A stretch of 64,000 bases of DNA from Neoconidiobolus thromboides FSU 785 (lineage: Eukaryota > Fungi > Entomophthoromycota), in NCBI GenBank assembly GCA_025603075.1, contig MU626283.1, forward strand, positions 96,795 through 160,794, read 5' to 3'. The translations under genes and the position numbers were made by a program. Shown here piece after piece: positions 28,808 through 42,701 of the stretch. Positions within the stretch are counted from its first letter, which is position 1. Every line of letters starts with the position of its first letter. Under the pieces are notes generated by a model that had not been told where the DNA came from, did not search any database, and saw nothing but the letters and a program-made list of their open reading frames with translations.

Positions 28808-29782
28808 ATATAATATTTTTAATTTCTAAAACTTTGTTTTATATGAATTTTAAAATTTTGTTTTCATGTATTAGAAATTCCCTAATGTTTTTTCACTTTT
28901 TAATTCACTGCTTTTGTACTTAATCACTTTTAGTATATCTTTATTTAACCATTAGTAATGAACTAAAAACCCGGTAAAGTAAAACTTGATACTTTAGAAA
29001 ACTGGATATATTAGAAAAATATTAACAAGTCTTTAAGTAAGCTTAGTTATTAGATATTGAGTACTGAAAACAGATGAAAATAGTTTTTTCAAAATCATAC
29101 TGTTTCATGGAAAATGTCATATATAAGTAGCTTCAAAAATACGGATTAAAAATAAACTCCCTATTTTTATTACTTAGCTAACAGTACGCTTGTGATAAAA
29201 GTCCAAATGTACTTTTTTTAAAATGTTGAGAAGCTAAAATCAGAAAAGGCATCTGACTGGCGAGGGCAAAGTTCTTAATCTTTATTAATAGTAGTTATGG
29301 TCTATCTATTTACTCTGTATATTTGTAAGTATTTTTTTTATTTGAGATAAAGTCACTATTTACTTCTTCGTAATAGGTATATTTGAAAAAAATGAAAAGG
29401 TAAAGATTAGTAAAATACAAATAAAAATTAGGATTTTCTATTGAAAATACGACATAAAATATTTTTAAGGTTCAGAAAGACAGAAATGAAAAATGAATAT
29501 ATGACTAATGAATATTAAAAAACTAAAGAACTCTTAGATCCGTAAAAGCTAGATTCTAAGATAAAAAATGATGAAACAACCAAAAATAAAAACTTGATAA
29601 ACATTTTCATAGTTTTAGCAGCTTTCATATGGATAAACATATATTTTAGATCTCAATGTATAAAGATAATTGGTATATTTAAAAGCAGGAAATAATAAAT
29701 GATATAAAATATATTTTGTTTTATTTTAGTAAATTTGAGATACTTATTAATTGAAGATTAATGATGTTTTGAATAATAATAA

Positions 29783-29950
29783 TTAAAGGTCAAGTCCTAC
29801 ACCGGCCCCAAGGCCTAATCCAAGGCCTCCTTTTCCAAGACCAACACCAGCTCCTAAGCCTAAGCCTAAGTCAAGACCACCATGACCTGATCCTGAGCCA
29901 TAACCTGAAGATCCTGATCCTGATGATCCATAACCAGATGCATGTCCATT
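29783..29950 (-). CDS. Gly-rich family member B, 3' part only (5' end lost in assembly gap)
   Basis: Reads NGHASGYGSSGSGSSGYGSGSGHGGLDLGLGLGAGVGLGKGGLGLGLGAGVGLDL*; 64-nt identity with member G. Confidence 0.8.
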   Translation of the reverse strand, partial: NGHASGYGSSGSGSSGYGSGSGHGGLDLGLGLGAGVGLGKGGLGLGLGAGVGLDL

Positions 29951-30050
29951 NNNNNNNNNNNNNNNNNNNNNNNNNNNNNNNNNNNNNNNNNNNNNNNNNN
30001 NNNNNNNNNNNNNNNNNNNNNNNNNNNNNNNNNNNNNNNNNNNNNNNNNN
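29951..30050. other. Assembly gap (100 N)
   Basis: Run of N; sequence after the gap does not contain the missing 5' end of member B, so the true gap is longer. Confidence 0.98.
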
Positions 30051-30706
30051 AAATCTGATACTCAGTGATTAAAGTCAATAACAGCTATTGCCTGGTTGAC
30101 TATACTGTAAGTTGAAAGGTCTTAGATTGTGTGACTAAGATAGACTTGAATCATGAAGAATAGCATGTAATAGGCTATAGACTATGTAAGACAAATAGAA
30201 TAGACAATACTATTGTAAAATCTACGTAAAATATTATTAAGAAAACTTAGTGGCTTTATTAAATGTACGAGATATCAAGAAATAATTCAGTTAAAAAGCC
30301 TCAAATTACTATATTCTAAAATCTCTTTACACTCCGACAAGTATGGATATCAAAAGGAGAGGATAATATTATTTGGGATAAAGTTAGAAATTCTCATAAC
30401 AAATCAAAATAAGAACATGGGATTGATTTTCTCCGAACTCGAGAACACAACAACTCAAGTGATTATTATGTTATAATCAACCATGGAGCTGACAAAGCGA
30501 TATTTCATATAATAATAATACTTATTGATTTTATTGTATAGGCTGAAGTTACTTAAAATAACGATGGCATTATTACTACATATACATATATCGGTATTAA
30601 AACAATAAGCCATAAAATCGTTGCTATTTAAATAGTTCCTAGTTTCTAGTATCATTTTTGTTGAAAGGATTTTTAAAATAATTTTCATTTATTTGAAATA
30701 TTTAAT

Positions 30707-30804
30707 GGGGCCGTTTTTTTTCGATTTCATTACTTTTCCATTTTTTAAGCGCTACTTGAGTGGAAATATTGTTAGTAAAATTCTTAAATAAAAAATACAT
30801 CCCC
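30707..30804 (+). mobile_element. MITE copy 7
   Basis: Consensus match; TAAT/TAAT TSD. Confidence 0.85.
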
Positions 30805-31473
30805 TAATTCTTATTTTTCAAGCTAAAGAAAAAAGAATCATAACTTATAAAAAATTGAAGATAGTATCTATGTTAATAATTAAGCCTTTATAATTCATAA
30901 AGATCAGTCTTATTATCATTATAATATTTTTTGTTATCTCAATAATTTGCTAACAACTTAGCTTTTGTTAAAAAAAATGAAAATCTAATGAAAAAAAACC
31001 TTTGTATATTCTAAAAAACTCAGTTAATATATGAACAAATTGAAATGCTTTAGATAGCTTTTATAGCATTGTATAATTTAGTCTTTTCATATTAATTTTG
31101 TGAAAATAGTTTATATTATTTAAATATTGTTTAATTAAAACGCTTCTTTATTTTATTTTTTGTAAAAAATTAATAATTTTAAATTTGGATTTTAGGAACT
31201 CTTACTCATACACATAACAATAAAAGCTCAATAAAATCATAATATAAATATAAATTCAACTTTACTTCTATCTCTATCCCACCTACCACATATTACATTT
31301 ATATCTTACACATTTTATTTCTTCATTTCAAACTTCAAAAATAGCCAGCTCACAATTCCGAAATTTCAGCCACTAAAATTATTTAGATTGGGTTTAAAAA
31401 TCAAGTGATTTTTTAATGAAAAGAGCATTAACAAATTAATTTTTTTTTTTTTTTAATATTAATAAAAATAGTA

Positions 31474-34400
31474 ATGGTAGAAAAAAAATATAGTTTAAGA
31501 CTAGGTCAGTTAAAAAATGGCTCAATTCAAGTACCCAAAAGTATCTCTAATGCACTGGAAAATCATAAGGTAAATAGAGGGGTTTTAATAAGCTACCATA
31601 AACATTTATCATCTATTTACTGACTAAAATTCTCAATTTAGAATCAGAATGATTTAGTATTTGAGTTAAAATGGATTACTAGTCAAAACTTGGAAGAAAA
31701 AATATATGTTTCATGGAGTGGATTAAGTACAAAAACATTTGGAACGGAAGACGAATATATATTAATTGATACCAACTTTGCAGAATGTTGTAATTTAAGC
31801 TCAAATGATAAAGTTAAAATCAAAGTGATGGCTAAAGCAGTCAAAGCAGAATCTGTTGAAGTTATACCAAATTCAATTGAAGATTGGGAGGTTTTGGTAA
31901 TAGGTTTATTAAGATATTAGTAAGATTAAAAATCTTAATTTTTATTTAGCAATTGAACGCTGGCGTATTGGAGCTAGAATTTTTAAATCAATGTAGGGTG
32001 GTTAAAAAAGATCAAGTGATACCATTATGGGTAAGGGGTATTATTATTAAGGTTAAAGTAGGTAAGGAATTAAAAATAATAATAACTATGGCTTAAACTA
32101 ACACTATTTTATATTAGTAACTATTAAACCTGAGAAAGAGTTTATATCCTTATCTGAAAATAGTGAAATTTACGTTCAACCGTTACAAAAAAAAGAAGAT
32201 TTAAAAGAAGATATAAAGAAGAAAGATATTAAATTTCCAAATAAAATACTAAGAATTGTTACCGATAAACAATTTGATGATATTAAATTAAGAAATCAAC
32301 TTACAATTGTAGTCAACCCTAATTCAATACTAAATATTGAAGAAGGGTTAAAACAAAATATCCAATTTAATGAGTTCCCAAACTTAGGCAAAGTTGCTTT
32401 AATAAATAGAACAGATTTTTCTGAAGAAGATAGCAAAGTAAATCAAAAACAAAATAATACCAACAACCCTAATGTCACCGCCAATAATATCAATAGCAAC
32501 AAAAATAATAATCCAACTGCAACTAATGATACACATGCAAAAGTGAGTAGCTTGATGAAATTTACAAATAATAGCTTAATTGTAACAATTCAATGGGATT
32601 CAACATTGCCGAAAGGACATGTCATAGTATCCGATCAAATTGGATTGAATTTAAATGCCAATTTATTTTCAAGATTACTACTATCATTTGAATTGAATGA
32701 ACCTATTTTACCTAGACAATTAAAAATCAGAGCTATCTTTCCAGAATCTGGAAATAATAATGAGAATAAGTAAGTTTGTTATAATAATGTATTGTGTTTG
32801 TTGACTTTGTTTTTTAAAAATTAGAAAAAAAGTCGATTATTTACCTTCATTCATGAAATCAAATGTTACAGCTATAAATTCTAGCACCTGGATTACAACT
32901 TGTTTTTTAGGTAATTAATAATATAATAATTATATAATTGTATAATAGCATTACTTATGAAGAATGGTTAAAACTAAAGAATAATGAAGGTGAAAGTGAG
33001 CTTGTATTGACACATGGTATGATGATATCATTACCCAATAAAACGAATAATAAGATAAAGCATAATTTAATAATACAAATTGATCTTGGTATTTATGAAA
33101 TGACAGCCATTTATTTTAGCTATATGAAAGTGAAGAAATGGCTTGAATTAACGATAGTAGAAGATACAACAGCCTTATTTATACCAGCTAATTTATTTAA
33201 AAAAGAGCATTCATTAATGAAGGAATATAATAATTTACCTGATAAATTAGGGTCATTTGATAATATAATTAATGACTTGTTTGGATTAATTCGATGTTCT
33301 ATTTCGCCTTATTATCAACAATTAACTATGATTAATCATAAATCAATTGGTGTGTTAATTTGTGGATCAAAAGGAAGTGGAAAAACATCCTTATTGAAAA
33401 CAATTAAACATCAAATTGGAATCAACAAAAATACATTAATAAAATGTATTAATTTAGAATGTAGTACATTAATTAACGAAAGAGTCTCCAATGTTATTGA
33501 AAAGATAAAATTACAATTTTATGAAGCAGCATGGTATTCTCCAAGTGTATTATTTATGGATAATTTAGATACTTTAATACCAGCTGAAATGGAACATATG
33601 GATTCTTTTAGATATAAACAATTAGCAGAATGTTTAACGAATTTAATCTTACATTTTCGTAAAATTTATCCAAAAGTTACTACTATTGCTACAGCTCAAC
33701 AGTCTCAATCTATTCATCCATTATTATTACAATGTCATGTATTTACTAATACTATTCATATTAAACCACCTGGTAAATTAGAAAGACAAAAAGTAAGTTA
33801 TGTATTTATTTGTCTAATATTATTATAATGTTGTTTCATTTTATTTATTTGTTTAGATACTAGAAGCTATAATGAGTAGTAGTAATATTGATTCTGTTAA
33901 AAATAGTTTACCACAGATTGATTTAATGGCTATTGCTAGTTCAACTGAAGGCTACCTACCAGCAGATTTAGTCACTTTGACAGAAAGAGCAGTCCATCAT
34001 TCAGCTATTCGTCAGCTTACAGGTAAAATTGACAACCATGAAATAAATGAACCAATAATATCAAAAGAGCATGAAAATAAACAAATGAAATCTACTGTTC
34101 ATAACGAGGACAATAAAAAAGTCAATGGAATAGTAAAAACAGAGCAAGAAACTAACGAAAAGACAATACTATTAATCAATGATGACGATTTTAAAACAGC
34201 TCAAGAAGATTATATACCAGTATCTTTAAGAGGCGTGAAATTACAAAGTAGTACAGTGCGATGGACAGACATTGGGGGTTTAGAAGAAACGCGTAAAGTA
34301 TTAAGAGAGACCTTAGAATGGCCAATTAAATATCAAGCAATATTTACTAACTGTCCCTTACGTTTACGATCAGGATTATTACTGTATGGTTTTCCAGGAT

Positions 34401-35416
34401 GCGGTAAAACGATGTTAGCTAGTGCAATAGCTAAAGAATGTCATTTAAATTTCATTACTGTAAAAGGACCCGAGATATTAAATAAATACATTGGGGCGTC
34501 TGAACAATCAGTTCGAGATTTATTTCAACGAGCACAAGCAGCTAAACCATGCGTATTGTTCTTTGATGAATTTGAGGCTATAGCACCGCGAAGAGGTCAT
34601 GATTCCACAGGTGTAACGGACAGAGTAGTCAATCAATTATTAACGCAAATGGATGGAGCAGAAGGCCTAGATGGTGTTTATGTATTAGCAGCAACTTCAA
34701 GGCCCGATTTAATTGATCCAGCATTATTAAGACCCGGTAGATTAGATAAATCACTATTATGTCATTTACCAACAAAGTATGATCGTTGGATGATCCTTAA
34801 AGCCCATGCTAATAAATTTCATTTATCTGATGAATGTAATGAAAAATTGGAAATGGTAGCTGAAAAATGCGATAATTTTACAGGTGCCGATTTACAAGCT
34901 TTGTTGTATAGTTCACATTTAGAGGCAGTTCATGAGTCACTAGAAGGTAAAAACTACATGATGGGGAAAGAAGAGAATGGGAATAAAGAAGACAATGAAA
35001 GTGAGTTGTTTGTAGCTAAGATGGCTAAGGGGAGTAAAGAGAATACATTGACATTGGCTGAGATGGACAAGTTAAAAGGAAGAGTTAAAATCTTAATGAA
35101 AAAGAAAGGGAATGCGATAAATAATCATTCAAATGAAGAAGTAAATGGTAAAGTCAATGAGGATATAAATCAAGAAAAGAAAGGAAGTGGAGAAAAAATA
35201 ATAATTGAATGGAAACATTTATCTAAAGCAATGGGAGAAACAAATACATCATTACCATATAATGAAATTCTTAGGCTACAAGCAATGTAAGTTTACCTTT
35301 TAATTGATAATAATTTGAAAGATTTTTATTAATAATATACTTTTAGTTATGATGAGTTTCAATTCGGTAAAGGTGGGGATCCAGCGAAAATTGGAAAAAG
35401 AGCTACGCTTGGGTAG
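31474..35416 (+). CDS. PEX1: Peroxisome biogenesis AAA+ ATPase Pex1, multi-exon
   Basis: N-domain VEVIPNSIEDWEVL; D1 GSKGSGKT; D2 LRLRSGLLLYGFPGCGKT, FFDEFEAIAPRRGHDSTGVTDRVVNQ; C-terminus IGKRATLG*. Confidence 0.95.
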
Positions 35417-35688
35417 GAGATTGGAAAAGATGAAGTAGTTTTTTTGGCAGGAAATAAAAAAGTTTTATGTTTAGTTATGAAGTTTTGATGTTTTTGAGGT
35501 GAAATTTTGATTTTTAATGATTAGTAATAATTCTCTAAAATTCAAAATCTGATCGAGAATTAAGTTCGAAAATTTAAATTAAAAACTGGATAAATATTGT
35601 GAATTTTAAAGTATTGAATTTTATTCATTTTGAAATTATTGAAATTCAACTAAATATAAATATTATATTAAAAAAACAGAAAAGGAGA

Positions 35689-37703
35689 ATGGATTTTGAG
35701 CTCACAATAGAAGACTCAGATATTGAAACTTTAAAATTTGTCAATCAACCTTCGAATTCTCTATTATGTCCAGTGTAAGTTGATTTCACTTCAACTTAAT
35801 TCTAAGTTAAAATTAATAAAAATTTAATATTTATCAGTTGCCGAGATATATGTCATGAACCTTTAATAACCCATCGATGCCATCATTCTTATTGTGCAAA
35901 ATGTATTTATCAATCAATTAATATTGAACCATTTTGTCCATTATGTCGATGTCGATTAAAAAGTGAAGGTAAGTAATACTTAATCTTCATTCCAATTTTC
36001 AATTGAAATAAATTATTTAAAAAAACCATAAAAAACCAAAACTAATATTATTGTTTTTTCAGATTTACATCCCAACCTCGCACTTGCTTCTTTAATTAAT
36101 GAATTATTAGTTTATTGTAAAAATCAAATGTACGGATGTACTCAAAAAATACGTTTAGATGGTTATAAAGCACATATCAAAAGTTGTTTGTATACACCAA
36201 TAGAATGTCCAAATAAAATATATGGTTGTGAATTTCATGGTACATTAAAAGAAAAAGAAGAACATTTGAGAAATTGTGAAATACAAAAGATGCTTCCATT
36301 TATTAAAGTAATGGAAAATAGAATTAAAGGATTGGAAGAGAAAGTTTTGGTAAAGAGCTTTTGTATTTAGAGAATATGGATAAAAGTTTTAATAAATTGA
36401 TTTTTTAGGAGCAAAACAGAGAGTTGGAAAAAGTCAAATTGATACTGTCAAATAAAAACCAAAATGGAAGTGTTAATGGAGTGAGTAAAAAAATAGTCGA
36501 GATTAATAATGGAGCTTCAAGCTCCAAGCATAATATGATAGAAGATGAATTAATTGATCAGGTAATATAATAACAAATGAATAAATAAATCCACTATTTT
36601 ATTAATTTTATCTCAATACAAATAGCCTTTATTCCCTCACAATGATATTAAATTAGAACAAAATATAACTGGTCATACAAGTGGGGTAACCTCATTAGCC
36701 TATTCCAACGGTTTATTATTTTCAGGCTCTCATGACGGTAGTACTAAAATATATGATACTAATAATCAAAATCAAATTATTTGGGAATATAATACTCATT
36801 CTACATCCGTTTGGGGATTAACTGTATTTCAAGATGAAAAGCGATTTTTTACAGCTTCATCGGATAAATTAATTAAAGCTTGGGATTATAAAGAAGGGGA
36901 AAGAAGTTATAATCCAAGCAAAGTATTGGATCAACATCAGGGTAAGTTAATTAATCTAAATTAAATAAAATGTATATATAGGAGTCTATAATTATAAATG
37001 TATTGTTATTTTAATTTAAATTAGGCAAAGTTTATTCTTTATTATGTCGATTTGGAAAATTATTTTCAGGTTCAAGTGATAAAACAGTTAAAATTTGGGA
37101 TCCAAGAAGTTTAAATTTACAAGCTACGTTAATTGGACATCAAGACAATGTAAATTCAATTGTTGCTTTAAGAAATAATAAATTAGCTACAGGTTCAAGT
37201 GATAAAACTATCAAAGTAAGCTATATTTATTAATGTAATAATATATCAATTATATAATAATATATTAATTAGATTTGGGACATTTCCACTTCAACATGTG
37301 TTGATACTATTATTAGTAACGATAATGAAATATTAGATGTAACAATAAGTGATGATCAGGAATTATTGTTTGCTTCAACCTACGATGCTTCTATCTTAGT
37401 CTATTCTATGAGTGATAAAAAATTAATAACAACATTGAAGGGACATGACTGGGAAGTTTGGCAGGTAGTTTATTGTAAAGGAAAATTATTTTCTGGTTCT
37501 TTTGATCATACTATCAAAAGATGGGAACCTAGGATGAATCGATGTGATATGACGCTATATGGTCATAAAGGATTTGTACATTCCCTAGTTGTCGGAGATG
37601 ACAAGTTATTTTCAGGCTGTGCCGATAGGACAATTAAGGTAAGAGTTTTTAGAAGATATTATAAAAAATAGTAACCTAAATGTTTATTTAGGTTTGGAAA
37701 TAA
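35689..37703 (+). CDS. RING finger + TRAF/Sina-type zinc finger + coiled coil + WD40 protein (TRAF7-like E3 ligase), multi-exon
   Basis: C3HC4 RING CPVCRDIC..CHHSYCAKC..CPLC; DLHPNLALASLINELLVYC; CPNKIYGC; multiple GH...WD repeats (FSGSHDG, FSGSSDKTVKIWD, FSGSFDHTIKRW). Confidence 0.8.
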
Positions 37704-37887
37704 GCCAAAATAGTATTTCCTTTTGAAACATAAAAACTATTTTTTTTCAATTATTTTTTTAAATAATAATGATATAGCAATTAACTTTTTTATTTATGCT
37801 TTCTTGATTTTAATAAAGAAACAGAATTTAAAATCAGATTAAATTCAATAGCTTTTCTAACTCTAATCTTTAGTTTATTATAATTAT

Positions 37888-38354
37888 TCACTCTTCACTA
37901 ACTTTTTTAATAAACTCAATAATATCTTTCCTATCCACTTCTTTTCTAACACCTGTGAATATCATTTTAGTACCTGGTATATATTTGACTGGATTTTTCA
38001 AGTATTCATTTAAATTCTCTTCATCCCATAATATACTTGCATCTTTGTTTGCTTTTGTATATAAATAACCTTTGGTTGTACCGCTTTTTCTTCCAATGAC
38101 ACCATATAAATTAGGTCCTGCTTTGTGACCGGAGTTCTACAAAAAAATGAAGTTAAAGATAAAACAAGATTCTATAAAGTTGTTTTTTATCTACTTTGAT
38201 TATACTATGACATTGACTACATAATTTTTTAAATAATTTGGAACCTTGGACAGCGTTTCCTACCGATTTATCAGCTGAAAGGAGAAGAAATAACTAGTGA
38301 GATTTCTTTTTGTTATTTTGAGGTTGATAAGATTAGAAGTTTACCTTCTGTCAT
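37888..38354 (-). CDS. CYC: Cytochrome c, divergent (exons 38354-38345, 38274-38195, 38136-37888)
   Basis: CSQCH heme motif, [14 protein letters not shown]59, YIPGTKMIF with axial Met80. Confidence 0.92.
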
Positions 38355-38544
38355 TACAATTATTAATTTTACTGAAATTCAAGATATATATAATACCAAA
38401 TCTTTTTGATTAGAATGGAATTTTGAACTTTAATTTTGAACTTGGAATCTCATTGGCTTTTCAAAATCAGAATTTTGTAAGCGAATGAGTTCTTCAATGA
38501 TTAGTGACTATTTTTTATTTTTTAAATAACCTTAATTCACTAAA

Positions 38545-39400
<856 letters not shown>

Positions 39401-39657
39401 ATAAAAAGGAAGGGTGAAAGGAAAAGTGGAACGAATAGTAATAAATTATTATAAGCTAAAGCTATTGAGAAAGGGATAAATAGCACTTTCTCATGAATGA
39501 TTAATAAAAAAGAGTGTTAAGCTGATAAACAAACAAAACTATTTTATAGAATGTTATAGTTTTAATAATCATTGTTAATGTGTTTTAAAAATGGTATTAG
39601 TTATAAAATAATAATAGCTTAAATCAAATTTTGACAGTTCCTTTATGTTTTAATTAT

Positions 39658-39759
39658 GGGGATGTATTTTTATATTTAAGAATTTTACTAGCAATTTTTC
39701 CACTCAAATAGTGCTTAAAAGAGGGAAAAAGTAATGAAGCCAAAAAAAAACATTCCCTC
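39658..39759 (-). mobile_element. MITE copy 8
   Basis: Reverse consensus match; TSD not intact. Confidence 0.85.
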
Positions 39760-40877
39760 ATGTTAGTTATATATTAAATAATAAATAAAGTACACCATAG
39801 AAGTTTTGATTAATTTATGGATCATAGTCAAGGATATTAGGGACCTTTTTGGGGGGTTTTATTGCTTTTGATAAAGGACCCCTTTTTAGATAATAACTAG
39901 GTTAAAAGTGAGTGAAAACTGATTATCCCGTTTCAGCTAATTGAATATTAAACTTTATATAAACCCCAACCGTAGTCTTTATTTACAGACTGTTTTTCTA
40001 GGCTTTTCAAACTCCTTGATTGTTTTTTTTATTAACACTTTTTTAATTATAAAAGGAAGTCCATTTTGCTAAAATTGGCTCAGAAAAAAATTATATCGAA
40101 ACTTTACACTATTTTTAAAATGCTTTTATGCAAATTTATAAATTTTATAATCAACTTAAAGATAAAACAATATAAAAGTTAATTATGACCCTACTATAAC
40201 TTTTATTTCAAACAGTATTATATATAGTACTTTACTACTATAAATAAAAATTATTCATACATTGATTTAGCTTTTTATTTTATTTTTATATTTTATTTTA
40301 TAAAATCAACCATTAATTCCCCACAAATATTACATTGCTTCTCTTAACTGCCATCAAACTTAACTATAATAAAACGAAAACTACTATATGTTTTATTTAC
40401 CAGCTTTAGCATCTTATATTTGTTTTTTTACAAAACTAAAATCTAATAGATTAGTTCTCTCAATAAAAATCGAATCTAATAAAACTTGGTGCCCTTTCTT
40501 CTTTTTGTTTACATTTTTAGAATATCAATATTATAACTATTAATAATATAGTCACTACGATTCCTCCAATAATACTAGTATTAATATTCCATGATTGTTA
40601 TTTTTAGCAAATAAAGCAAGGATAATATCGCTGTTATTAACAAAACCGGGCATTTTTTTTGCCTCTTTTGTTTCAAGATTGAGTAGACCTAATTGGAGTG
40701 GTGAAACTTTTTTATATCAAAAAACATACTATCAGTTATATGAAACTCGTTGAGTTTGTAGCAACTTGAAAAACAACTGAACACAAATTGTATATGTATT
40801 ACTCATAATTTTAATATCTTTTTCATCAAACAAATCCTTAATCCAACATTCATTATCTCATCCAGTTTTATTAATAT

Positions 40878-40972
40878 GGGGGTGTTTTTAGTGTTTAAGA
40901 ATTTTACTAACAATCTTTCCACTTAAATAGCGCTTAAAAAATGGAAAAATAATGAAACTAAAAAACATCCCC
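40878..40972 (-). mobile_element. MITE copy 9
   Basis: Reverse consensus match; ATAT/ATAT TSD. Confidence 0.85.
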
Positions 40973-42132
40973 ATATCATAATAATTAAAGTCTAACAAAG
41001 TTATACTGTAAGTATTATAAAAACTCATTATTGCTTTATTTGTATTTTCTATTAAATGGGTTTCTATTTGTCATCTCCTTTAGTGGATCAATCGACTTTT
41101 TTCTTTTCGATAGTATGATATTATTGACTAACTTAAATCCTTTTTCTAAATATAATTGAAATGCCTCACTACTATTTTTTATACAATTCAGATTTAAAAG
41201 TTAAACTCCATCTAAATAATATAATTTATTTTCAACTATTATACATCCGTCACGATCCTCTCTTGGTGAAAATTCAACTGAATTATATAATGAAAAAATA
41301 AAGAACAGTAGCAGAAATATTAAAAAAAGATCATACTTCATTTTTACATTTTACACTTTAATCATTTATTTTGGAGTGATAAATCAAACGTATTAAACCT
41401 TCATTAATAACTCTTATAATTTTACTAAAAGAATAATTTTGTGTTATTGAAATTAAATCACCTTTTTTAAAACCTTGAAACCAAAAACTTTGTAGTGTTT
41501 TATTAGTGAAAGTAACAAAAGATATAAGTAAAATAAATAATGAGAGTTTAAGAAGGAACAAAAAAAAGAACAAAAACGGGGATATTGATACAATTAGGCG
41601 ATTAATGAAAGTAAATCATTAAATTTAATTTTTAAATAAGCTTTGAAAACTTAAAATTAACTAAAATAACTAAATAGTAGTATGAATATTGAAAATAAAA
41701 TTAGTAGTTTACTAAGTAAAAATAATAAGTACAAATTTTCTTATTCAATTAATATCAAGTTTATTTTCAAAGAGGTCACAACAAAAAAACAAGACTACAA
41801 AAAATAGATTTAAGTTTTTATATCAATTCATTACTACAACTCAAATGATTTGAGTTTTTATATGCTTTAATAACTAAAATATTCTATAGAATATGCTTAA
41901 ATTACTACATACTAAAACAGCTAGTTAAATTACTATATGAATTCTTTAAAAAATACGGTATGAAATATACTTATATAATAAAATCAAATTTAAATGTAAT
42001 TATCAATTCAGCAAGCATTATTTTAAACATTTACTAAACCATCTTAATAACCTCAAAAATTCAAAAAAAGTGACTCAGAATATCCTATTTATTTCCATTT
42101 AACTTATAGCTAACACTTATTCACTTTTAAAT

Positions 42133-42481
42133 TTAAAGTACTCTTTCTTGAGTTTCCAACAGAACAATACTATTTCCTCTTATTACCTATAAAAACACTC
42201 ATTAACAAGTTCCCCTTAAAAACTAAAACTCAAATTAAAATTTACCACAGTGCCAATAGGCTCGTAACTATTATTATCTAAAAGCTCACTAGCCTCGTCC
42301 AATACAATATTCATAAATGGATCATATCCTCTTAATATACCACTAACTTTACGTTTTGCGTTCATATGGACCATTAATCGTTTGTCCATATATCTTTAAA
42401 AACATGGGTTAGTTTTGAAGCATTGAAGTACTATGGGGATATTTATTACCTCTTTAATTCTGGAGCTTGATTACCACCCAT
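42133..42481 (-). CDS. SMX2: Small nuclear ribonucleoprotein G (3 exons)
   Basis: Spliced: [45 protein letters not shown]...IGTVVIRGNSIVLLE. Confidence 0.93.
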
Positions 42482-42701
42482 TTTTCAAATAATTCAAATA
42501 ATTCAAGTTGTTGAAATTTAATTGTGAAATGTAAGCTATCTTTATTTCATGGGATTGAATTGGTTTTCAGTAAATAAACCAATTAAAACGAAATTTTTTA
42601 AGATTTTTGAAATTATCAAAAGTGAGTTTTCAAAATAGAAAATTAAGTTGATTTTAAAAATACGACAATAGACTAATTTCATACGGAATATAACATTTAG
42701 T

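Noticed and set aside
42432-42446. TATGGGGATATTT in SmG intron 1 resembling a MITE terminus
   Set aside because: Only ~12 nt match and no internal sequence or second TIR.
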